Source: an uncultured Bacillota bacterium
GTDB lineage: Bacteria; Bacillota_I; Bacilli_A; RFN20; CAG-288
DNA: 64,000 bases
Direction: 5' to 3'
Assembly: GCA_949282275.1 (NCBI GenBank)
Contig: CASDOO010000010.1
Coordinates: 36,597-100,596, forward strand
Shown: positions 11,120 through 21,612 of the stretch, piece after piece
Position numbering within the stretch: the first letter of the stretch is position 1
Layout of the letters: the number at the start of each line of letters is the position of its first letter
Translations under genes and position numbers: made by a program
The notes under the pieces: model-generated
Databases searched by the model: none
Told to the model about the DNA's origin: nothing
Seen by the model: only the letters and a program-made list of their open reading frames with translations

Positions 11120-13924
11120 ATGAACCAAACCCACAAGAAGGGTGAAGACTCTTTGCCCATCTCCTCCCAATATGAGATGGCCTTCTCCGACGATAACAGC
11201 CCGAAAAACCAACAGCCACAGAACAGGCAGAACAAGGCCGGCCACGGGAACAATGGTCGCGGCTATATTTCCGTCATTCTTCTAGCCGTCGTCCTGACCC
11301 TCATCATCAGCCTGATGCTCTACTTCTTCGTCTTCCGCAGCGACAGCATCCATTTCAACTATACGGCAACAGATCTTAACTATCAGGTCGATGTCGATAG
11401 GGACGACAAGCCGGATGCCACTTCGGAAGGCTACCCGGATTTTTCGGGATACGACGATGCCACGATGGACGTTTCCATCTATGACCCCGTCGAAAACCCC
11501 GAAGGCATCATCATCCCCAAGGACGTCGATTCCAGCAAGCCGAACCTGATTGACCTTCTCACCTCGCCGGCCGAGTATGGTGGCGTGCTCCTTCAGGTCA
11601 TCAATTCCAACATCAACGCCAATGTCATCTATGTCCAGGGACAGTTCACGATTCTCGTCAACGACAAGCCGAGAACGGCCACTTTCAGCCTGACCATCGA
11701 CCAAGTGACATGGGACAAATATCTGCGCCCCATCACGATGTATGTCACCTACGACTATACCAACCCCGAAACGGGCGAGACGATCAAGGATATGCCCTAC
11801 TACACGGCCAGCCATTATCAGGAAGGATTGGAATCCACGTCCTCCATCGGTTCCTGGCTTGTCCCTCTCCTCATGTTCATCCTCTTCATCGGCATCATCG
11901 TTTTCTTCTACAATCGCATGAGCCGTTCGATGGGTGGCGGTTCCGGCGGTCCGATGTCTGGCTTCGTCAACAACATCGCCCGCAAGGAATCCACATCCAA
12001 GGTCCGCTTCTCCGATGTCGCCGGATGCGATGAAGCCAAAGCGGAATTGGTTGAGCTTGTCGACTACTTCCATTCGACGGACAAATATACCCGTTTGGGT
12101 GCGAAACTGCCCCATGGCGTTCTCCTTGTCGGCCCTCCGGGTACCGGTAAGACGTTGCTTGCAAAGGCCGTTGCCGGCGAGGCGAGCGTCCCCTTCTACT
12201 CCATCTCCGGTTCCGACTTCGTCGAGATGTACGTCGGTGTCGGTGCTTCCCGTGTCCGTTCCCTCTTCAAGACGGCCAAGGCCAATGCTCCCTGCCTCAT
12301 CTTCATCGATGAAATCGATGCCGTGGGTCGTCAAAGAGGTGCCGGCTTGGGCGGCGGAAACGACGAAAGGGAACAGACCCTGAACGAGCTTCTCGTCGAA
12401 ATGGATGGCTTCGCGGACAACTCCGGAATCATCGTCATGGCAGCGACCAACCGTTCCGACGTTCTCGACCCGGCCCTGACAAGACCCGGAAGATTCGATA
12501 GAACCATCACGGTCGACCTCCCGGACAAGAACGGAAGGGCTGCCATCCTCAAGGTCCATTCCCGCAACAAAAAACTGGCATCCGATGTCGATCTTGGCGA
12601 AATCGCAAGTCGTACCGTCGGTTTCTCCGGCGCCGACCTTGCCAACATCATGAACGATGCCGCCATCCTTGCCGTCCGTGCCAACAGAAATGCCATCACG
12701 ACGGCGGATATCGACGAGGCAATCGACAGGGCCATCTCCGGACCGGCAAAGAAATCCCACTTGGAACCCAACGAAAAGAAACAGGTCGCCTACCACGAAT
12801 CCGGCCATGCCGTCATCGGCATCTTCCTTCCCTACTCCGATGTCGTCCAGAAAATCACGATCGTTCCGAGAGGCCGTACAGGAGGCCATGTCCTCATGAC
12901 GCCTGCCCAGGATCACTTCCTCCTGACGAAGAATCAGCTTATGGCAAGGATCACGGGCTATCTCGGCGGAAGGACTTCCGAGGAAATCTTCTTCGGCGAT
13001 GTCTCCACCGGCGCCTCCAACGATATCGAGGTCGCCACGCAAATCGCCCGTTCGATGGTCACGCAATATGGCATGTCGGACCTCGGTCCCATCCAATACG
13101 AAAGGCCAGGCGGTTCCGTCTTCCTGGGAAGGGACTACAACTCGACCCAGGCAAACTATTCCACCCAAATCGCCTATGAAATCGACAAGGCCGTCCGCGA
13201 CATCATCGACCAATGCCATGAGCAGGCCAAGACGCTCCTCACCGAGCACAAGGACGATGTCACCTTGATTGCCGAAACCCTGATCGAACATGAGACGATC
13301 ACCGCCGACCAGATCCAGTACCTGCTCAAGAACAGGAGGCTTCCTCCCGTCGACGAGCATAAGCTCCAGTCCCAGGAAGGCCTCCATCCGAAGAATCCGA
13401 ACAACATCATCCTCTACCCTGGATATGAGAACTACTACATCACGGCCGACAGGATCATGGAAGGCAATCCTTCCCGCTTCGTCCTCGTCGTTGCCAGAGG
13501 CGACGGCAACCCCATCGACAACAACGAGTTCAAGTCCGTCTGCGTCCGTGGGGCAAGCGATCCTTCCCGTATCGGAATGATGTTCCTGGATTACAGCCAG
13601 TCCATGCAGATCTCCCTCTCCCTGGAGACGTTTGCCAGTCACATCGAGTCCTATGTCGGAACGAACGTCCTCCTCATCAAGACGGACGACAATTCCGTCA
13701 AGGCATTGAAGGCCATCTACGAGCCCAAGGCAACGACGGTTCCTCCCGCAAAGGAAGAAGAAAAGCCGACGAATGGCGAAGATACGCCCAAGGCCAACGA
13801 AGAAAGGCCAGGCGTCGTCAACGAGATCCTGCCTAGCGACAGGAAGGAAGAAGAGAAGACCGATTCCGATGAGACTCCGGAAAAACCGGATTCGAATAAC
13901 GACTCACAGCAAGGAGGAAATTAA
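11120..13924 (+). CDS. ftsH: ATP-dependent zinc metalloprotease FtsH with extended N- and C-terminal regions.
   Basis: Two TM segments, Walker [22 protein letters not shown], and the HESGHA zinc site. About 270 aa of extra C-terminal sequence ending in an acidic tail. Confidence 0.9.
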   Translation: MNQTHKKGEDSLPISSQYEMAFSDDNSPKNQQPQNRQNKAGHGNNGRGYISVILLAVVLTLIISLMLYFFVFRSDSIHFNYTATDLNYQVDVDRDDKPDATSEGYPDFSGYDDATMDVSIYDPVENPEGIIIPKDVDSSKPNLIDLLTSPAEYGGVLLQVINSNINANVIYVQGQFTILVNDKPRTATFSLTIDQVTWDKYLRPITMYVTYDYTNPETGETIKDMPYYTASHYQEGLESTSSIGSWLVPLLMFILFIGIIVFFYNRMSRSMGGGSGGPMSGFVNNIARKESTSKVRFSDVAGCDEAKAELVELVDYFHSTDKYTRLGAKLPHGVLLVGPPGTGKTLLAKAVAGEASVPFYSISGSDFVEMYVGVGASRVRSLFKTAKANAPCLIFIDEIDAVGRQRGAGLGGGNDEREQTLNELLVEMDGFADNSGIIVMAATNRSDVLDPALTRPGRFDRTITVDLPDKNGRAAILKVHSRNKKLASDVDLGEIASRTVGFSGADLANIMNDAAILAVRANRNAITTADIDEAIDRAISGPAKKSHLEPNEKKQVAYHESGHAVIGIFLPYSDVVQKITIVPRGRTGGHVLMTPAQDHFLLTKNQLMARITGYLGGRTSEEIFFGDVSTGASNDIEVATQIARSMVTQYGMSDLGPIQYERPGGSVFLGRDYNSTQANYSTQIAYEIDKAVRDIIDQCHEQAKTLLTEHKDDVTLIAETLIEHETITADQIQYLLKNRRLPPVDEHKLQSQEGLHPKNPNNIILYPGYENYYITADRIMEGNPSRFVLVVARGDGNPIDNNEFKSVCVRGASDPSRIGMMFLDYSQSMQISLSLETFASHIESYVGTNVLLIKTDDNSVKALKAIYEPKATTVPPAKEEEKPTNGEDTPKANEERPGVVNEILPSDRKEEEKTDSDETPEKPDSNNDSQQGGN

Positions 13925-13926
13925 AC

Positions 13927-14499
13927 ATGTCGTCCAAACCCTTCACGAAGCATGCCCAGCGCGTGCTCAACAAAAATCCGAACGTCGTCAAATGCACCGT
14001 CGCCAAGATCATCTTCAAGGAAGAATTCGCCTTGAAGGTCTGCGAGGCACTCAAGCAAGGCGAGGATCCCTACAAGGTCTTCACCGACAATGGGCTTTCG
14101 CTTCGTGTTCTCGGAAAGAGCCGCGTCAACGGTGTCATCGGCCTTTGGAAGTCCAAGTACAATCTTGAGAACCTTCCCAGGAGAAAGCCGCCCGTCAAGC
14201 CGAAGCCGCATGTCGAGACCGCCAAGGAAAGAAAGGAACGGAACCTTCGCGAGGCTATCGTCCTGTGCGATTCCTATATTGCCGATCCGTCCTCCCTTGG
14301 CCTGACTCCCGAGACGGACATCGACACCATCCGCTTTGCCGCCATCAAGAAGGTCTTCGATTCCGACCAGCCGGTCGTCGTCAAGGATCTTTGCGCCCAT
14401 TATGGCTATCCCTACTCCAAATACTACGGCTATCTTACCTCGCTCCGTCCCAACGAGGACACCTTCGTCAATATCCTCAATCCCCATCGGAAGAGATAA
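13927..14499 (+). CDS. Hypothetical protein, possibly a two-repeat HTH (IS3-OrfA-like, non-mobile) domain protein.
   Basis: Starts 3 nt after the ftsH stop. Two repeated ~50-aa units. I cannot assign it confidently. Confidence 0.45.
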   Translation: MSSKPFTKHAQRVLNKNPNVVKCTVAKIIFKEEFALKVCEALKQGEDPYKVFTDNGLSLRVLGKSRVNGVIGLWKSKYNLENLPRRKPPVKPKPHVETAKERKERNLREAIVLCDSYIADPSSLGLTPETDIDTIRFAAIKKVFDSDQPVVVKDLCAHYGYPYSKYYGYLTSLRPNEDTFVNILNPHRKR

Positions 14500-14511
14500 G
14501 GAAGCGGAAAA

Positions 14512-15102
14512 ATGTTTCTGATTGCCATAGGAGGCATCATCGGCCTCGTCATCGGCGGCATCGTCCTCATCGGTATCCTGACGTTTGTCTTCTGGGCAAT
14601 CGCCAAGCACAATGCCTTCCGACGGATGGAAGTCAAGATCGATGAATCAGCAAGCGACATCGACGTTGCCCTCAACAGGCGTTTCGACCTTCTGACGAAG
14701 GAATACGAAATCTGCAAAGGCTTTGCCAAGCAGGAAAGCAATGTCCTTCAGGAAGTCACGCGTCTGCGTGGCCTTGCCGATACGACGAAGAAAACGGACA
14801 TCGACAGGCTTTCGAAGATCAACGCCGGGCTCGACCGCCTGCAGAACGCCATCCAAGTCACGATGGAGCAATATCCGACGCTCAAGAGCGACCAAGTCTT
14901 CCTTCACCTGATGGATTCCTGCCGGGAAGTCGAAGAACACCTCGAGGCGTCAAGAAGGCTCTACAATTCCAACGTCTCGATCTACAACCAGGAAATCGTC
15001 GTCTTCCCTTCCTCCCTCATCGCCTCCTTCTCCCATTGCCAAAAGCGGGATCTCTTCCGGGTCGAGGAAGGAAAAGCCAAGGACGTCCGAATGGAGTTCT
15101 AG
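14512..15102 (+). CDS. lemA: LemA-family membrane protein.
   Basis: N-terminal TM followed by a LemA domain. Confidence 0.8.
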   Translation: MFLIAIGGIIGLVIGGIVLIGILTFVFWAIAKHNAFRRMEVKIDESASDIDVALNRRFDLLTKEYEICKGFAKQESNVLQEVTRLRGLADTTKKTDIDRLSKINAGLDRLQNAIQVTMEQYPTLKSDQVFLHLMDSCREVEEHLEASRRLYNSNVSIYNQEIVVFPSSLIASFSHCQKRDLFRVEEGKAKDVRMEF

Positions 15103-15717
15103 ATGGATATCATCCTCTTCGACGACGAAAGGGCCGTCAAGACCCTTGCCGAGCACAAGGTCCTGGCCATCCCGACGGAGACCGTCTACGGCCTTGCCGT
15201 CTACTGGGACGATCCGCTTGCCTACGAAAGGCTTGTCTCAAGCAAGAGAAGAAGGCCCGACAAGGCCATTGCCTGCATGTGCAGCGAGGACTTCGAATTC
15301 CGGACATACTTCCAGATCGACGATAGGACTGAGAGGGTGATGAAAAGATTCCTTCCTGGCCCGTTGACCATTCTGGTGCGGGCAAAGGAAAGTGCCCCAT
15401 TCCAAAGCCATCTCGGAACAAACGTCTGCGGCATCCGCGTTCCCGGAAAGAAAGACCTTCTTTCCTTCCTCAGGAAAGTGAAGAAGCCCCTCCAGGTCAC
15501 AAGCGCGAATCTCTCCGGCACGCCGCCTCTCTATCAATGGCAGAAAGTCTACGATCAGTTCCGATCCGACGAAAACATCCCCACCCTTGTCCAGGGAAGC
15601 TGCGAAAGCGACATCCCGACGACCGTCGTCGATTTGACCGGAGACGAACCCGTCTTGATCCGGCAAGGCGAAATACGATTGGATTCAATCAAGGAGGTCT
15701 ATCATGGACAACATTAA
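15103..15717 (+). CDS. tsaC: L-threonylcarbamoyladenylate synthase (YrdC/TsaC family, short form).
   Basis: YrdC fold motifs (…AIPTETVYGLA…), about 200 aa. Confidence 0.8.
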   Translation: MDIILFDDERAVKTLAEHKVLAIPTETVYGLAVYWDDPLAYERLVSSKRRRPDKAIACMCSEDFEFRTYFQIDDRTERVMKRFLPGPLTILVRAKESAPFQSHLGTNVCGIRVPGKKDLLSFLRKVKKPLQVTSANLSGTPPLYQWQKVYDQFRSDENIPTLVQGSCESDIPTTVVDLTGDEPVLIRQGEIRLDSIKEVYHGQH

Positions 15718-16165
15718 GACTGTCAGCTTCGGCTGCGACCACGGCGGCTATCCCTTCAAGGAGGAAATCATCAACCATCTCAAGGAGATGGGATTCGAAG
15801 TCCTTGACTGCGGCACCTATTCCAAGGAGAGCTGCAACTATCCCGATCCCGCCCTCAAGGCCGCGACCGCCGTTTCGGAAGGAAAGGCCCAGGCCGGTAT
15901 CCTCATCTGCACTTCCGGCGAGGGCGTCGCCATCTGCGCCAACAAGGTAAAGGGCGTCATCTGCGGCATCGGCTACAACGATGACGTCAGCCACCTCATC
16001 GTCACCCACAACCACGCCAACATGATCGCCTTCGGCGGTGCCTACATGACCATGGACGACATCCTGAGACGTATCGACATCTTCTTCCATTCCGTTCCCC
16101 ATGAAGGCCGCCACCAGAGAAGAGTCGAGATCATCCAGGACTACGAAAACAAGCACTGCAAGTAA
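15704..16165 (+). CDS. rpiB: Ribose-5-phosphate isomerase B (RpiB/LacAB family).
   Basis: …SFGCDHGGY…ILICTSGEGVAICANK…. Confidence 0.85.
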   Translation: MDNIKTVSFGCDHGGYPFKEEIINHLKEMGFEVLDCGTYSKESCNYPDPALKAATAVSEGKAQAGILICTSGEGVAICANKVKGVICGIGYNDDVSHLIVTHNHANMIAFGGAYMTMDDILRRIDIFFHSVPHEGRHQRRVEIIQDYENKHCK

Positions 16166-16178
16166 GGAAAAGGAAGTT

Positions 16179-16619
16179 TTATCTTTCCAAACGTTCCTGC
16201 TTCCTTCTTTCCATCTTTTCCGTAACCAATTCTATCTCATCGAGGACCTTCTTCAGGTCCTCTTTTATTTCGTGTTCCCAAAAGCGCAGGACGACATATC
16301 CCATCTCGACAAGCTGTCTGTCCACCTTCCTGTCCCGTTCCCGATTGCGTCTTATCTTGGCGCTCCAGAAGGCCTTGTTCGTCTTTAGCTGTCCTTCGAT
16401 CCTGGCCAAGTCGTAGCCATGAAAAAAATCGCCATCGCAGAAGATGCAGACCCGATACTTCCTCAGGACGATGTCCGGATGTCCTGGCAGGGTGCTGACG
16501 TTCTTGCGATAGCGATAGCCTTCGTGGTAGAGGGCCTTCCTCAGGACAAGCTCAATGGAGGTATCCTTTCCATGGATACTGGCCATCATCGTGCTCGTCT
16601 TGGAAGAGTCCCTTTTCAT
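16179..16619 (-). CDS. vsr: Very-short-patch-repair endonuclease Vsr (T/G mismatch endonuclease).
   Basis: KDTSIE…FCDGDFFHG Vsr motifs (compare KDTxPE…FVHGCFWHG). Starts 4 nt after the NUDIX stop. Confidence 0.8.
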   Translation of the reverse strand: MKRDSSKTSTMMASIHGKDTSIELVLRKALYHEGYRYRKNVSTLPGHPDIVLRKYRVCIFCDGDFFHGYDLARIEGQLKTNKAFWSAKIRRNRERDRKVDRQLVEMGYVVLRFWEHEIKEDLKKVLDEIELVTEKMERRKQERLER

Positions 16620-16622
16620 TTC

Positions 16623-17051
16623 TCAGTCGTGCTTCCGGCGTCTTTCAAGCCGTTCCAGATAGCTGTCCGCCAAGGAAAGGGTCTCCTTGTCGGAAGGATA
16701 GGTAAGGAGTGACAAGGCTTCCTCCAGAGGAAGGAAAAGGATTTCCTCGACTTCCTCCTCCTGCGGATGGACCTCCCCGGAGACGACCTCGGCAAGATAG
16801 AAGGTCACGTCCTTCTGGATGCCTTCCTTCGGAGAGTAGGAAATCGTATGGCCATAGGTCGAATCCAGATCGACCGTCAATCCCGTTTCCTCGAGAATCT
16901 CGCGCATCGCGCATTCCCTGGGCGTCTCTCCCTTTTCGATATGTCCCTTGGGAAGGGAGACATGGCCAAGACGCATCTTTTCGATGAGATAGAGCCTCTT
17001 TTCGCCATCCTTTCGATAAACGACGGCACCATAGCTATATTCTTGTCTCAT
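16623..17051 (-). CDS. NUDIX hydrolase.
   Basis: NUDIX box GHIEKGETPRECAMREILEETGL. Start chosen at MRQEYSYG with a GGAAAGGAGAAGG RBS. The ORF-track N-extension overlaps the feoB terminator hairpin. Confidence 0.8.
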   Translation of the reverse strand: MRQEYSYGAVVYRKDGEKRLYLIEKMRLGHVSLPKGHIEKGETPRECAMREILEETGLTVDLDSTYGHTISYSPKEGIQKDVTFYLAEVVSGEVHPQEEEVEEILFLPLEEALSLLTYPSDKETLSLADSYLERLERRRKHD

Positions 17052-17083
17052 GCCTTCTCCTTTCCGATAACAAGGTCTTTTCC

Positions 17084-17117
17084 AGAAACTAAAACTCCCC
17101 TCTGTATTGCAGAGGGG
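17084..17117 (-). terminator. Rho-independent terminator after feoB.
   Basis: CCCCTCTG-caata-CAGAGGGG hairpin followed on the minus strand by AGTTTTAGTTTCT. Confidence 0.55.
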
Positions 17118-17253
17118 AGAGAGCAAAAGGAATTTTTATGTTGGAATTTATTATCGTTATCGTTGCCCAAGAAAGCCGTGCCTCTTAAGCAATAATAACT
17201 ATAAGGGATTGCGGACAGAATGTCAACTAAGCGTCTTCTTGAAAGCGGTTTAC

Positions 17254-19641
17254 CTAATGGCAGCAGCTTCCGCCGTCCTTATGGAAGAAGGATTTCCTTT
17301 CACGGCAGGAAGAGGAGACGCCGGCCGTGGAGACATCGATCCTGTTCTCGATGAACTGCGCATTCCTATCCTCGACGACGAAGGGGACAAGGTGGATGGG
17401 ATGATGGTTCTTCTTGACGTAGAAGTAGTTGCCGATGACCAGCCCGACAAGACCGCAGATGAAGACAGTGGCGATGATCCCGTCGACAAGCTCAAGCGTG
17501 CCATAGGACGGCGTGCCGACAAGGGAGAAGGAACCAAGGCCATAAGTGACAAGAGAGAGGACGTAGGAGGTCAAGACCCAGAAGACCAAGACGAAACGGA
17601 AGTTCTTCTTGCTCTTGAGTTCCGCCTTTGCCGCCGACATGGCCGCGACGCAGGGAAGAGTGAACAAATTGAAGACAAGGAAGGAGAAGGCACCCGGGAT
17701 ATTGATGCCGGCAGTCTCCATCGTATAGATGTTCAGGGATTCCATCGTTCCGACGACCTGCTCCTTGGCAACAAGACCGGTGATGGCGGAAACGACGTAT
17801 TTCCATCCATCCGCGCCATGGGCAAAGCCAAGCGGATAGAAAATAGGTTGGATGAAGGCGCCGATCGAGGCAAGGATGGATTGGCTAAGATCGCTGACGC
17901 TCTCGCCATTCGCATCGACGATGGTCGGCATCGTCCAATCCCAGGAGAAAGTCTGAAGGAACCAGAGCAAGGCGGACATGACGGCGATGACCGTTCCGGC
18001 CCTCTTGATGAAGCGTTTCGTCTCTTCCCAAAGCGCAATGCCTGTCGCCTTGGCCTGGGGAACCATGTAGGGCGGGAATTCCATGATGAAGGGAGAGCTC
18101 TTCCCCTGGATGATGAACTCATTGGAGAAGAAACCGGCGATGATGGCACCGACGATGCCGACGGCATACATGATGAAGGCGACGATGCCGCCTTGAAGGG
18201 CGCCACCGGTAAGCCCCTGGATAATCTCCGTGCCGATGCCCATGAAGATAGGAAGCTTGGCCCCGCAGGCAAAGAACGGCGTAAGGGAGATGGTCAAGAC
18301 CCTTTCCCGCTGGCTGTCAATCGTCCTCGCGCCCATGATTCCGGGAACAGCACATCCAAAGCAGGAGATAAGGGGGACGACGCACTTTCCGGAAATGCCA
18401 AACCTTCTAAGAAGCCTGTCGAAGACAAAGGCGACACGGGCCATATAGCCGGAATTCTCGAGGATCTGGATGAAAAGAGTCAAAAGGACGATAAGCGGAA
18501 GGAAGGTAAGGACTGCAAAGACGGAAGCCAGGATGCCATCGCACAAAAGCGAATTCAGCCATGCCGGACAGTTTATGCTCTCCAAGCCTTGGGCAAGGTT
18601 TCCAAGTATCAAAGTGTTGAGGAACCAATCCAGGAAATCCTGAAGGAAGATGCCGAGGGAAGGCATACCTGGCTCAGGATCCTCGAAGAAGGGCCGGACA
18701 GGCCCCAGTCCCATCGCCCCCATGAAAAGAAAGTCGGAATTGAAGACGATGCAGAAGACGAGGAACATAATGACGGCAAATATCGGAAGGCCAAGCCAGC
18801 GGTTGGTCAGAATCCTATCAACGCGATCGGAAAAGGAAATCTTCGGCGACAGGATGCCCCGCTTATAGAAGGGATAGAGCGTCCTATCGATGAATTCATA
18901 ACGATCATCCGCAATCCTTTCTTCGATATTTTCCTCGCTCAGTCTTGTATCTTTTTCAGAAAGCAGTTTCTTTGTTTGGTCGACAAGTTCTGGATATTTT
19001 GCTTGAATAAGAGAATCGTTTTCCAACAGCTTTCCGGCAACGAAGACCGGGGAAGGAATCGCGTTTTCGGCAGCAATCTTTGCAAGATCCTCTTCCGCCT
19101 TTCTCAATTCGGGATCCTGGAGCTGGCTTTGTCCGATGCGAACCTTGCCTTTCTGCTCGTAGACAATCCTCATGAGTTCCTTCATTCCCGTCCCCTTCAG
19201 GGCGGAGACAGGAACGACCGGGACACCAAGAGTCCTGGAAAGGCCCTCGATGTCGATGGCATCGCCCCTCTTCTCGATGACGTCCATCAGGTTGAGCGCG
19301 ACGACGACGGGAACATCCATTTCCAGAAGCTGGCTTGTCAGGAACAGGTTTCGGGAAAGGTTGGTGGCATCCACAAGATTGACGACAACGTCGGGATCCC
19401 CATCGAGAATATAGTTCCTGGAGACGACTTCCTCCGGCGTATAGGGGGAGAGGGAATAGATTCCAGGCAGATCCACGATCTTTATTTCTTCCGGAAAATC
19501 CTTCTTCTTGCGATAGATGCCTTCCCTTCTCTCGACGGTGACGCCCGGCCAGTTGCCGACATGGGCCTGGGATCCTGTCAGGTTGTTGAACAGCGTCGTC
19601 TTTCCGCAGTTCGGGTTTCCGCACAAGGCTACCTTAAGCAT
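17254..19641 (-). CDS. feoB: Ferrous iron transporter FeoB.
   Basis: N-terminal G-domain (ALCGNPNCGKTTLFN), a multi-TM gate domain, 795 aa. Confidence 0.9.
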   Translation of the reverse strand: MLKVALCGNPNCGKTTLFNNLTGSQAHVGNWPGVTVERREGIYRKKKDFPEEIKIVDLPGIYSLSPYTPEEVVSRNYILDGDPDVVVNLVDATNLSRNLFLTSQLLEMDVPVVVALNLMDVIEKRGDAIDIEGLSRTLGVPVVPVSALKGTGMKELMRIVYEQKGKVRIGQSQLQDPELRKAEEDLAKIAAENAIPSPVFVAGKLLENDSLIQAKYPELVDQTKKLLSEKDTRLSEENIEERIADDRYEFIDRTLYPFYKRGILSPKISFSDRVDRILTNRWLGLPIFAVIMFLVFCIVFNSDFLFMGAMGLGPVRPFFEDPEPGMPSLGIFLQDFLDWFLNTLILGNLAQGLESINCPAWLNSLLCDGILASVFAVLTFLPLIVLLTLFIQILENSGYMARVAFVFDRLLRRFGISGKCVVPLISCFGCAVPGIMGARTIDSQRERVLTISLTPFFACGAKLPIFMGIGTEIIQGLTGGALQGGIVAFIMYAVGIVGAIIAGFFSNEFIIQGKSSPFIMEFPPYMVPQAKATGIALWEETKRFIKRAGTVIAVMSALLWFLQTFSWDWTMPTIVDANGESVSDLSQSILASIGAFIQPIFYPLGFAHGADGWKYVVSAITGLVAKEQVVGTMESLNIYTMETAGINIPGAFSFLVFNLFTLPCVAAMSAAKAELKSKKNFRFVLVFWVLTSYVLSLVTYGLGSFSLVGTPSYGTLELVDGIIATVFICGLVGLVIGNYFYVKKNHHPIHLVPFVVEDRNAQFIENRIDVSTAGVSSSCRERKSFFHKDGGSCCH

Positions 19642-20053
19642 GTTCTTCCTCCTTGGCCTTCCGGCCTTCCCGGATTTCCTTGAGTTTCGCCTTGTTCTTC
19701 TTTTCCTCGGCGATCATCCTGGAATCCTCTTCCTTAAAGCGCCTCCTGGCATCTTCCGTTGGACGGCGCAATGTGAGGGAATGCCTCTTCTTTCCGAATC
19801 CAACGTCTTTCGAATAGGTTTCGAAATCCTCGGGATTCAGGGATTCCACTTCGATTTGACAGGCGAATTCCCGATTGATCGCGATCCGGCCGTCCTTGAC
19901 CTTGATGACGATATCGCCCGTCCTGTTGCAAAGACAGGTAATTGTCTCGCCTTTCAGTATGGAGAGATTCTCGAGATGCCGCTTGTGCCGGTAATCGGTA
20001 TTGACCGAGACGATCCTGAGATCCTCCCGTTCGCAGGCTTGGGTAAGAAGCAT
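19634..20053 (-). CDS. feoA: FeoA-domain protein with a roughly 65-aa K/R/E-rich C-terminal tail.
   Basis: FeoA SH3-like domain. Overlaps the feoB start by 8 nt. GGAGG RBS. Confidence 0.75.
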   Translation of the reverse strand: MLLTQACEREDLRIVSVNTDYRHKRHLENLSILKGETITCLCNRTGDIVIKVKDGRIAINREFACQIEVESLNPEDFETYSKDVGFGKKRHSLTLRRPTEDARRRFKEEDSRMIAEEKKNKAKLKEIREGRKAKEEEHA

Positions 20054-20067
20054 GCTTCAGCCTCCTT

Positions 20068-20112
20068 GTTAACAATCATTAACTACTATACGCCTTCTCT
20101 TCCCTTTTTCAA
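20068..20112 (-). promoter_or_regulatory. Putative feoAB promoter with a Fur-box-like inverted repeat.
   Basis: On the minus strand: TTGAAA, a 16-nt spacer, TATAGT, then GTTAATGATTGTTAAC, immediately followed by the GGAGG RBS. Confidence 0.4.
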
Positions 20113-20131
20113 GACTATTTTTGTCGGATGT

Positions 20132-21520
20132 TCAATATTCGCTCGAGGGAAGAGCTTCTCCGAAGGCATAGTCGCGGTAGAAGGCATCATGAACGACGAA
20201 ATCATCCGGACGATCGGAGATTTGATAGCAGGAATAGGCAAGAAGGGAAAAGAGAAGGACAAAGAGATTGTAGATGGTATTGTCCATCAGCCCAATCAGT
20301 TCCAGGACAAGAAGGAAAAGGAGGAAGAGCCATTTTTCCTTGTTTTTCTTCCGCAGCACGGAAGAATAAAGCCGGACTTCGTAGAGCGCGAAGAAGACAA
20401 GCCCGACGACACCGCCCATCGTCATTGTCGTGATGACCGTGTTGGAGCAGAACGTGACCGTCCCTTTTGTCATGTCGCTCATGACCGAAATCGAGGAACC
20501 GAATGCCGGGAAGGCAAGGAAAGCATCAATACCCTTCCTGAAAAGACCGCTTCTCTCCGGGTTCTGGTCACTGACAAGATTAAGGCTTGCAAGGGCATTG
20601 ATGACCCTGTCGCGGAAGGAATCCTCGACAAGCATCAGGACAAGAAGGAAAAGGCCAAGAAGCGCAAGGATCGTGATGACGATATAGGGATAGGCTTTCC
20701 CATAGGGGCGGAAGGAAAGGAGAACAAGCGGGATGCTGGCAAGAATGAGGACAATAAGCCCGGAATCGGCGGAAAGGGAGATGATCCCGTAGATGACGAA
20801 CAGTTCGAGGATGCCCCACAGCGGCTTTTTCCTGGCAATCAGCATCGAAAAGAAAGGAAGGGAAAGACAAAGGATGGTCGATGCGCTTTGGTTCGTATAG
20901 GCCCAGCCGAGATTGATATCCGGATCCCCGATGCGGAAGCCATAGCGCAGCTGATAGAGAAGGATCTCGGCCGAGACGGCAAGGGCAAGGATGGAAGCCG
21001 TCCTGGCAAAATAGAGAATCGTGTCTTCCCTCTTGAGACAGGTGTTGAATAGGATATAGGTCAACAGGATGACGAAAAGGGAGACAATGAAAAGGATTCC
21101 CGTCGTATCGAACGTCTCAACCCGGACGAGGTTGATGAGATAGGAAACCAGGAAAGTCAGGAAAAGAAGCGTCATGGGAAGGGCAAGTTCGCCTTTTCGG
21201 AAAGGAAGCTTCTTGATGACAAGGAAAAGGATGATCGACACGAGTGTCGTGCCGCCGATGGCATAGAGATAGGTCGGGAGGCCTTGGAAACTGACGGCGG
21301 AACTGACCGTGATCGTGACGAAGAAAATCAAAGGGATGTAGCCGCGGCCATCGGAGGAAAAGAGAGGGAAGAACGTCAGGACGATATAGAAGGAAACGAA
21401 GATCCACACGAGATTTCCGGGCATCATCCAAATCAGGACAGCCAGGACGGCAATCGCGATCTGGAAAAAGCTGGAGCTTGTGAATTCTTTGAGCCGACGG
21501 TCAAGGGCAATAAGCTGCAT
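20132..21520 (-). CDS. Polytopic membrane protein, Wzy_C/O-antigen-ligase-like (polysaccharide polymerase/ligase family).
   Basis: About 12 predicted TM segments with a large extracytoplasmic loop. Start chosen at MQLIALD; the upstream ORF extension is likely non-coding. Confidence 0.45.
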   Translation of the reverse strand: MQLIALDRRLKEFTSSSFFQIAIAVLAVLIWMMPGNLVWIFVSFYIVLTFFPLFSSDGRGYIPLIFFVTITVSSAVSFQGLPTYLYAIGGTTLVSIILFLVIKKLPFRKGELALPMTLLFLTFLVSYLINLVRVETFDTTGILFIVSLFVILLTYILFNTCLKREDTILYFARTASILALAVSAEILLYQLRYGFRIGDPDINLGWAYTNQSASTILCLSLPFFSMLIARKKPLWGILELFVIYGIISLSADSGLIVLILASIPLVLLSFRPYGKAYPYIVITILALLGLFLLVLMLVEDSFRDRVINALASLNLVSDQNPERSGLFRKGIDAFLAFPAFGSSISVMSDMTKGTVTFCSNTVITTMTMGGVVGLVFFALYEVRLYSSVLRKKNKEKWLFLLFLLVLELIGLMDNTIYNLFVLLFSLLAYSCYQISDRPDDFVVHDAFYRDYAFGEALPSSEY

Positions 21521-21612
21521 GGGATTAGTATAGCAAATACGCGTTTCCTTGTTTCCGGCCAAAGATAGAAAAGAAAGGCCAATAATGGTTAAATATACGT
21601 TAGGTAAAAAAC

